From: a virus
Virus record (IMG/VR): IMGVR_UViG_3300045996_001561
Span: 15,345 to 79,344 of that record
DNA length: 64,000 bases
Direction: 5' to 3' (one strand)
A program made the position numbers and the translations under genes. The notes beneath the pieces are model-generated. The model did not search any database and was not told the origin of the DNA. It saw only the letters and a list, made by a program, of their open reading frames with translations. Below, piece after piece: positions 38,101 to 45,530 of this stretch (within the stretch, counting starts at the first letter, position 1; each line of letters starts with the position of its first letter).

Positions 38101-39890
38101 ATGAGTGTTGCGGTCTGTCCGGCGTGTTTTCGTACCGTGCTGTACACCACGACCTATGTGGTGATCGACGAGCCGTCTCGCATCTAGGAGGATATCGCGT
38201 GCCCCGTTCACTGACGATCCCGTACATTTCCAAGACCGCCGCCATTCGCATGGTCAGGGAGGAAGGAGCCGACCCCTTGCACGTTGCGGCCCGCATCATC
38301 AGCCAGCGCCGCACCGAGCTTGTGCAGGTATCGCGGCTCCTGAGCCAGCGCGCCCCACGCGATCCTGCGGATCCGCCGAACGACCATGCCTATGTCGAGA
38401 TGCCGGGACGCCTTCCGGAGATGGCCGAGGTCGCGGGACTATGACCGAGAGTCTTGGACGCCTCTGGATCGAGGATCCTAGCGAGGACATTGGCTCCGTC
38501 CTCACCCGACCCTACATTCGGGATTCGGGTCTGCCCCGGCGCTCCCTTGGCACCTATCAGGCGATCCGGCGCTACAAGAAGGGAAAGGTGCGCTGGGTCG
38601 CTATTCAGGTAGCCTTCGACGACGGAGCCATTGGCATCGGAGCTATGCCTGCCAGCGACCCGGGGTGGGTCGAGGTCTACTCGGTATGAGCATCCCCTCG
38701 GTGCGTCAGGTCGACAAGCATCACCTGACGTCGGTGATCCGCCAGCAATTGGCCGCGTCGTGGGCGACGAACGACCGTCTGCAGCGGGGTCGGGTGTTAT
38801 GCGACACGGATCGTGAGCGTCATCACGGCATGCTAGTGATGTCCCGGGCCATCTGCCGCTCGATCGGCTGCGATGCCGATACGATCAACACCGAGGCGGC
38901 ACGTCTCGCGCGATCGGTGCAGGAATAGCGTGCCGCGTGCCGCAACGGGCATCAGGGCAGGAGGGGGGATTCGCTGCCCCTCCTGCCTGCGCTACTCCCA
39001 GGCCGCTGAGTGGAAAACCTACTTCTGCCCCAAGTGCGGGGAGCATCACGACCGGCTCTACAAGGACGAGCATCTGGATCCGGATCGGGCACGCACGATG
39101 ACCCGCCACGATATCCGTGTGGAATACTCCCGCGCGGGTATGGCATTTCGGAGAGGGTAATGGGAGGGCGCGAGGTCATCCTGGCGGTGCTGTTCACGGT
39201 CGCGGTGGTGATGATCGCCTCGGCCGTTGCCACCCCCACGCCTCCCATCGATCCAATTCCACCACCCACGGACGCCACCCCGGTGACGCTTGACCCCACG
39301 CCCACGATGCGCATCCCCACGGCCGTCCCGATCTGGAAGCTCTCCATCTGGGATTGCCAGGAGATTCCCCACGTTGGGACACGGTGCGCCACCATCGCGT
39401 GGCAGTACCGGGAGCTACAGGATGCTAGGCAACGATCCTATTACTACGGAGATCACCACCGATGAGAGTCACCCCGACGTTTATTCCCCTCTCGCGTGAT
39501 CCGAAGCTGGGGCCGCTGATCATCACGACCCAACATGGCTATGACGAAGAGATTGAGGATCGCGGTACCATCCGACACCCTCGGCGCATGGAGGTTACCT
39601 TGCCTGACGGACGCATCTACGTCAACGATGGCTATGGCCCCCTCCCCCCGAAGTCGGACGGCAAATTCGTCGCTGTACGCCTGCGGAGTCCCGATCTGGT
39701 TGAGACGGAGTTCTGGGTGAAGCCTGCCGTACGCCACGCTGGCACGGGGCACTTTATGGCGATCACCACCAAGCCGTGGGAGCATTTCGTCTACCAAGCC
39801 ACGCACGATCCCGATTGGATGAAGAAGCCATTTGGCGCATTGGCCTTCCCCGACGACCCCGTCCTGATCTGGCATGAGGTGCTTGACTAG
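35036..39890 (+). other. Dense run of ~15 small hypothetical CDS, several with CxxC pairs
   Basis: Overlapping start/stop ORFs, e.g. 35036-35440, 36123-36416, 36818-37030, 37239-37610, 37427-37852, 38441-38689, 39462-39890; exact starts unresolved. Confidence 0.55.
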
Positions 39891-39893
39891 GGG

Positions 39894-39922
39894 TTGACAT
39901 ACCGGGAGGATTATGGTAGTAT
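39894..39922 (+). promoter_or_regulatory. sigma70-type promoter
   Basis: TTGACA-N17(TGG)-TAGTAT. Confidence 0.85.
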
Positions 39923-39960
39923 TGTCGGGTAGTCAGGAACGGAACCTGACCGGAGGAACG

Positions 39961-40188
39961 ATGAACGACTATCCCGACTGCAGCGCCCAGCCGAACACCG
40001 ACGAGCGTTGTGAGCCGACCGACGAGGATCTCGCCGCTATCGCGGGGTGGACGTGGGCAGGCTACCAGCGCATGTACCAAGACCATCTCTGCGCCGTGGC
40101 ATCCCAGGAAGAGCGGTGGGGGAACTGGAAGGCCGGACTTGGGTACACACTCGATGCCCACGCATTGCACGGAGCAGATGGTGGATAG
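39961..40188 (+). CDS. Small hypothetical protein
   Basis: Leader hairpin and SD CGGAGGAA. Confidence 0.65.
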   Translation: MNDYPDCSAQPNTDERCEPTDEDLAAIAGWTWAGYQRMYQDHLCAVASQEERWGNWKAGLGYTLDAHALHGADGG

Positions 40189-40322
40189 GCCGGAATGCAC
40201 GCAGGAGCGAGAGGCATTTGAGAGGGCTAGAGCCACCTATCACCGCGCTCGTCGGAATGCTGCGGCCGAGAAGAAGCACCTGAAGCGCATGACCCTCGCG
40301 CTCCGAGCTTTTTTGGTGTGTC

Positions 40323-41326
40323 GTGGGCGCTAATCTCAGCACCCTCTCGGTCGTGATGACCGACGACGAGTTTCGCTTTGCCGCGAATCTGGCCGAGGAA
40401 CGGGGTGAGGTTGCCGGGGTCGCCAGCCTCGTCCAGAACGTCTGGTTTGCGTGGCTGCAGGATCAGGGATACGTCGATCCATCGATCATCAACCCCGGCC
40501 CCGAGTACGAGGTTATTGACACCTGTCCGTGGTGCAAACGAAAGGTGGTGCCAAGCAAATCAACGATCACCGAGGACTTCCCGCAGACACAGGATGGTGT
40601 TGAAAAGATCATTCGCATCCTGTGGCATGGCAAGTGTCTGAAGAACGCTGAGAAGCGGCTCAATGAGGATCTTGACGACGGTCAGGACGATCCTCGTTAC
40701 GGAGGCTACTAGTGCAAGGCACACGATTCAGTAAGCGGGGCAATCCCATCGTTGCGGGGTCGCACTCCCTGTTCCCCGACGACGGAAAAGGTGGTATCCG
40801 CATGGAGGAAATCCTCCGTTCGGAGATGATGCACGGGGAACCGGAGAACGTCAAAGTCTGCCAGTCGTGGATGACCAAGCTGGGTCAGGCGATTGCCGAG
40901 ACGGATCGCCGCCTGACCGAGATGAGTTCTCGCGGCATCCGCATGATGCACCCCAGCGGTCGCTACTTCACCGATCTGGAGAAGTCGGAGCTTCGGGTGT
41001 CGCTGATCGAGCAGAAGAACCAGCTTATCGCGCGATCGCAGGATCTCCGACGCTGGCGCAACGAGCGCGTGCGGCAGGCCAAGGCGGGGGAGATTTCCGA
41101 CCCCAACGTCTATAGCACGAAGCTCTCGGTCAACGTCCGCAACATGCGGGAAGCGGCCAAGCGGTATGGGCTACTGGAGGATCTCTACGAGGCCGTCAAG
41201 GTCTATCACTACGGCATGGGGGAGGACGAGGACGACCGACCGCAAGATATCGACGGTCAACGCTACGACGCGATGATCGAGGCGCTCGATGCGCTCATGG
41301 CGGATTGTGGCGATGAGCGCCCGTAG
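40323..41326 (+). other. Two hypothetical CDS (40323-40712, 40712-41326)
   Basis: Coupled ORFs. Confidence 0.55.
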
Positions 41327-41909
41327 CATCCACGTCGCCAGCAATCAGGACAAGGATCCCTGGTGCCGGGTCGGGGAGGAATACGAGCGGGCCTTCGTCG
41401 AGATCATGCGAACGCAGCTTCGTCTCCCCATCCACATCAACCCTGCGAAGGGGATCGACAAGTACGCGGCCGATCTGGTCTACGGCGACGTGTTCACCCC
41501 ATTCCCCAATGTGGCCGACCTGAAAACCCAGACCACCCCGTTCTTCACGGCGGATCGCTATGGTATGGATCCCCGCTTCACGGTGGTGTTGAACCGCAAG
41601 GATGTGGAGCGATACGACGCCTATTACGACTGGAGTATGTCGCTGTTCTTCTGGGTCGATTGGCACGTCACGGAGATGTTCAAGCAGCGCATCCCCTACT
41701 TCGGTGGCATCTTCGTCTGCAGCCTGGGTGACGTGATGCACATGATCAGCAACGATGCGCCCGAGCATGTCTATCAGCAGCGCGCCGAGGATGGGCAGGG
41801 GAACGCGCGATCGTCCTTCCTCCTGTCCCTTGGTGGCATGACCAACATGGCATCCTCCACCGAACCAGACTGGTGGGGTGCCGTACCGAAAGGGATCGTC
41901 GAGCGATGA
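41313..41909 (+). CDS. Putative PD-(D/E)XK nuclease
   Basis: GEEYERAF..YAADL..ADLKTQTTPFF. Confidence 0.55.
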   Translation: MSARSIHVASNQDKDPWCRVGEEYERAFVEIMRTQLRLPIHINPAKGIDKYAADLVYGDVFTPFPNVADLKTQTTPFFTADRYGMDPRFTVVLNRKDVERYDAYYDWSMSLFFWVDWHVTEMFKQRIPYFGGIFVCSLGDVMHMISNDAPEHVYQQRAEDGQGNARSSFLLSLGGMTNMASSTEPDWWGAVPKGIVER

Positions 41910-42578
41910 GTGATGGCAGCCCCAGCGCCAGAAGTGACGTCCTGACCCTCCTGACCATGCTGGAGGTGTTAGCGCAAGACAATAACCCACACGGGATTAC
42001 CGACACCCAGACATTGATCGCGTGGCTCTTTGAGGGCCATCCGTCCACGGTGGCCGAGTACCGGCGCATCCGCAACACCTATCTGACGTCCGGGATCCCG
42101 AACCGAGAGCCAGTCACCCGAGAGCGACTGGTGAATGCCATCAGCCCCATCGTCCACGCGGCCAAGAGCTATGGCGAGGCTCCGACTCACGAAACGTGCG
42201 GGCGGTGCGTCACCACATCCCATCTGATCGTCGATGCGATCGCTCCCCTGGTCGGGCGATGGATCGAAGATCACGAACCGGACGAGGACGACCGGCCATC
42301 CGTCGATGACGATCTTCTGGAGGAACAGTGGGTGAAGGAGATGGTGCGATGACCCTCCCCACCTACGCCTACTTCCAGATCCGTCCCTACCACTCCCGCT
42401 ACCGGGTGGCCCGGTCGTGGGCCGCAGGGTACTACCGCAGCGAGTTCGTCGGGGAAGTGGAGCGCGTCACCCAGAGCAAGTGGAAGGCCACCCTCTATAC
42501 CGACCCCACCACCGAGGGGTTTGGGCGCACCCGCAATCTAGCAATGGCCCGCGTCTGGGAACTCGTTGGGGGTGAAGG

Positions 42579-43007
42579 ATGAAAGCAATCTCACTGTGGC
42601 AACCGTGGGCCAGTCTGGTTGCCACGCGCAACAAGTGGGTTGAAACCCGTTCGTGGCAAACCCCGTACCGTGGGCCGATCCTGATCCATGCGGCCAGGCG
42701 GAAAGTCACCCGAGACGAGCGAGAGTACTTCGAATCGGTCGCCGCGTTTCAGGACGCTATGCGAATGGGTGAGATCAGTTGGGATACCATGCCCTATGGT
42801 CAGATGGTTGCCTTGGCGGTTCTTGGCAGGGTCGTTCCGACCGAGGCAATTCGGGACGCTATCCCCGACATGGAGTATGCCTTCGGGGATTACTCCAACG
42901 GCCGGTGGGCTTGGGTCTTTACCCGCATTGACCCCATCGATCCATTTCCCTACAAGGGAGAGCGCGGACTCTTTGACCTACCCTACGGGTTGACAATACC
43001 CCGCTAG
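42579..43007 (+). CDS. ASCH domain protein
   Basis: MKAISLWQPWASLV..KWVETRSW.TPYRGPILIHAA..KGERGLF. Confidence 0.9.
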   Translation: MKAISLWQPWASLVATRNKWVETRSWQTPYRGPILIHAARRKVTRDEREYFESVAAFQDAMRMGEISWDTMPYGQMVALAVLGRVVPTEAIRDAIPDMEYAFGDYSNGRWAWVFTRIDPIDPFPYKGERGLFDLPYGLTIPR

Positions 43008-43018
43008 TGTGGTAACAT
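42990..43018 (+). promoter_or_regulatory. sigma70-type promoter
   Basis: TTGACA-N17(TGG)-TAACAT. Confidence 0.85.
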
Positions 43019-43055
43019 TCTTTCAGGTTGGAACGGAAGCAACCTCGGAGGAACG

Positions 43056-43415
43056 ATGAATGGCACGCCTGAGCGCAAGCGGTCGACCCCGGCACGATGG
43101 CAAGAGGCACTGGCCCGCGCCATCGCACAAGGCGTGACCGTGCGACAGATCAATAGTTCCGGAGCCTGGATTGCCACGTCCGGAACGCAGAACGACACGG
43201 CGTATGTGATGGAGGTTACGGGTGGGATCGTCCACAGTTGCTCATGCCCGGCAGCAGAGTACGGAGACGACGTATGCAAGCACCGGGCCAAGTGGTACCA
43301 CGACGCAGGCGTTCTCGACCCTGACCCCGCGCCAGAAGTTCGGATCCTTCCTGAACCGGATCCGGAGGATGCGCGGGTTAACCATGATGGACTTTGCGCG
43401 TCAGGTTGGCGTTGA
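43056..43415 (+). CDS. SWIM zinc-finger protein
   Basis: ATSGT..AYV..SCSCPAAEYGDDVCKHRA. Confidence 0.8.
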   Translation: MNGTPERKRSTPARWQEALARAIAQGVTVRQINSSGAWIATSGTQNDTAYVMEVTGGIVHSCSCPAAEYGDDVCKHRAKWYHDAGVLDPDPAPEVRILPEPDPEDARVNHDGLCASGWR

Positions 43416-43575
43416 TCACTCCTATATCAGCCGCCTGGAGTCAGGGAAGCGCGACCCCGGCCGGGAGGTTGTGGATCTGATTGTCGAGGCGTTCCCCGAC
43501 CTGAGCGCCGGGGATATCGAGTGGCTCTACTTTTACGCGGGCTACGTTCCGACGTCCGAATGGGATCCGCGATGA
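43222..43575 (+). CDS. XRE-family HTH regulator (start uncertain)
   Basis: FGSFLNRIRRMRGLTMMDFARQVGVDHSYISRLESGKRDP..AGY. Confidence 0.75.
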   Translation: MGSSTVAHARQQSTETTYASTGPSGTTTQAFSTLTPRQKFGSFLNRIRRMRGLTMMDFARQVGVDHSYISRLESGKRDPGREVVDLIVEAFPDLSAGDIEWLYFYAGYVPTSEWDPR

Positions 43576-43759
43576 GCGCCACCTTCACACGGGTGACACA
43601 TACCGATTGGTGGTATTGCGGGAGCTGCGACGTGACGTGGCCGGTGATTACCAATCGCTACCAGTATCAGGGGTTTTGCACGATTTGCAAACGCGAAGCC
43701 ACCCTGATCGAACGCACGCGAGATCTCGGAAATCCCCCGTTCCCGGGAAAGACGGACGA

Positions 43760-44101
43760 ATGATCATCTTCGTGAGCGGCCCCTATAGCCACCCTGATGA
43801 CATGCGCGTGCTGAACAACGTCGAGAACGCCATGTGGGTCGGCTACGAGCTTACCCGGAGGGGTCACTGGCCGGTGGTTCCCCACCTGATGCATTACTTC
43901 GATATGTTCCTGCGCCGTGAGCGGATCGCCCATCCGCCGTACGACTTCTACATCCAGTGGTGCCTCTCTCTCCTTGACAGGTGTGACGCCCTCTATCTGA
44001 TCGATCGCTCCCCTGGTGCCGATCAAGAGGTCAGGCGGGCCAACCGGAACAACATCCCCATCTACCGCAGGATGAATCAGGTTCCCGATGGTCGGCTATG
44101 A
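43760..44101 (+). CDS. DUF4406 / nucleoside deoxyribosyltransferase-like protein
   Basis: IFVSGPYS..PVVPHL..CLSLLDRCDALY..SPGADQEV..IPIY. Confidence 0.75.
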   Translation: MIIFVSGPYSHPDDMRVLNNVENAMWVGYELTRRGHWPVVPHLMHYFDMFLRRERIAHPPYDFYIQWCLSLLDRCDALYLIDRSPGADQEVRRANRNNIPIYRRMNQVPDGRL

Positions 44102-44525
44102 GTTTCTCTTTGTCATCGTCGGGTTCGCCTGCGTGTGCATCATCATCAACGTCAGGGAGTTCCATGACTACCATGCACAACTGGAAGATCGCGCCCGGCA
44201 CGCCGATGCCATGATGACGAGGACTCTTGCGGAGCAACGGCGCATGAACCAAGCGGTCGGCAGGATGCTGGAAATGGGGGATAAACCCCTCTCTCAGGAC
44301 AGCGATATCCTTGTGGGCGACAATGGACGGGTGCTAGCCTACGCCTTCTCGCGGCCGATGAAGCGCCCACTGTACTTTCCTGACAGCAGTCCCTGCTCTT
44401 ACTGTGGTCGCTCCCCCCAGGAAGGGGATCTGACATGCCGTGGGTGCGGTGCCCCGGTATGGGCCGAACGCCGTGAAAGGAGGGAGATTCCCCCACCCGG
44501 CCCGAGTAACGTGATTCTTCGGTAA
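44088..44525 (+). CDS. Membrane-anchored zinc-ribbon protein
   Basis: N-terminal TM; CSYCG..CRGCGAP. Confidence 0.6.
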   Translation: MVGYEFLFVIVGFACVCIIINVREFHDYHAQLEDRARHADAMMTRTLAEQRRMNQAVGRMLEMGDKPLSQDSDILVGDNGRVLAYAFSRPMKRPLYFPDSSPCSYCGRSPQEGDLTCRGCGAPVWAERRERREIPPPGPSNVILR

Positions 44526-44532
44526 CGAAAGG

Positions 44533-45114
44533 ATGCACATGGATTCCAAGCGGTTCGACAGTTTCACGAAATCGATCGGTCGTCGTCCTGCCATCGCGCT
44601 TGGCCTCGCCGCCGTTCTGGGTGCGGTCGATGGGGCGCAGGGGAGACGGAGGCGACTCCGCTCCCAGAAGCGTCAGTGTCGCGTGCAGGGGCATCCCTGT
44701 GAGGTCGGCGGGCAGGAGTGCTGCCCGGTCGAAGGCAAGGTCGTCGAGTGTCGCGTCACCGGCCCGGGAGCGGTCACGCGCTGTGCCGTCGCCGGTGAGC
44801 CGGATCCACCCCCGGTACCCCCAACCCCCGACAAGCCCGGGGATGGGAGTGGTGGTGGTGGAGACACCCCGGGGAAGAAGCGGCGACGACGCAAGAAGAA
44901 GGGCGACAAGGGTCGCTGCAAGGACAGTCGCGCCTCGGGACGCGGATGCGCGGTCAACTGTCAGTGCAAGTCGAACAAGTGCCAGCGCGGGAAGTGCTGC
45001 GACCCGAAGGGCAACCACTGCCGGTCGGACAGCGAGTGCTGCTCTGGTCGATGCGAGTGGGTACACGCCCCGAACCGTCCCGGCAACCCGGACGAAGATC
45101 GGCAGTGCGCCTAG
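44533..45114 (+). CDS. Cys-rich secreted protein, Thermomicrobiales style
   Basis: MDSKRFDSFTKSIGRR leader, polybasic tracts, repeated C-x6-CC-x3-C knots. Confidence 0.7.
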   Translation: MHMDSKRFDSFTKSIGRRPAIALGLAAVLGAVDGAQGRRRRLRSQKRQCRVQGHPCEVGGQECCPVEGKVVECRVTGPGAVTRCAVAGEPDPPPVPPTPDKPGDGSGGGGDTPGKKRRRRKKKGDKGRCKDSRASGRGCAVNCQCKSNKCQRGKCCDPKGNHCRSDSECCSGRCEWVHAPNRPGNPDEDRQCA

Positions 45115-45138
45115 CCTGAGCGATCGTTGTTCCACAGG

Positions 45139-45169
45139 AAGCGGGGGAGGGATTGCCCCTCCCCCGCTT
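45139..45169. terminator. Bidirectional terminator where the early and late arms converge
   Basis: AAGCGGGGGAGGG-attgc-CCCTCCCCCGCTT. Confidence 0.75.
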
Positions 45170-45528
45170 TAGTGATTGACCAGCAGGAGGACGTAGACCG
45201 AGCGGCGCTCGATGCCAGCCGTGGTGTTGGCGTCAAAGGCGATGAAGAGGATGCACGGCTCATGCTTCGGGAGCAGAGAGGCGTCGATCTTCTGCGAGGC
45301 CACCTTCGTCGGAGCGTCATACCCGATGGGGGCCGACTTCGGATCGGGGTCGATGACGGTTCCGTGGCGATAGTGGACGACGCTTGCCGTCATGCCGGGA
45401 ATGAGGATCGTCGCTCCATCGCTGACCGCGCCCGACAGCCCCACGGTGACGTTGCGGTTCTCGGTCGAGATCATCTCGACCAGGGGTGGCTCTGTCGATC
45501 GACTCCCGGCCCACCAGAGTGTTGACAT
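45169..45528 (-). CDS. Small virion-associated protein
   Basis: Last gene of the late operon; beta-rich. Confidence 0.55.
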   Translation of the reverse strand: MSTLWWAGSRSTEPPLVEMISTENRNVTVGLSGAVSDGATILIPGMTASVVHYRHGTVIDPDPKSAPIGYDAPTKVASQKIDASLLPKHEPCILFIAFDANTTAGIERRSVYVLLLVNH

Positions 45529-45530
45529 GG

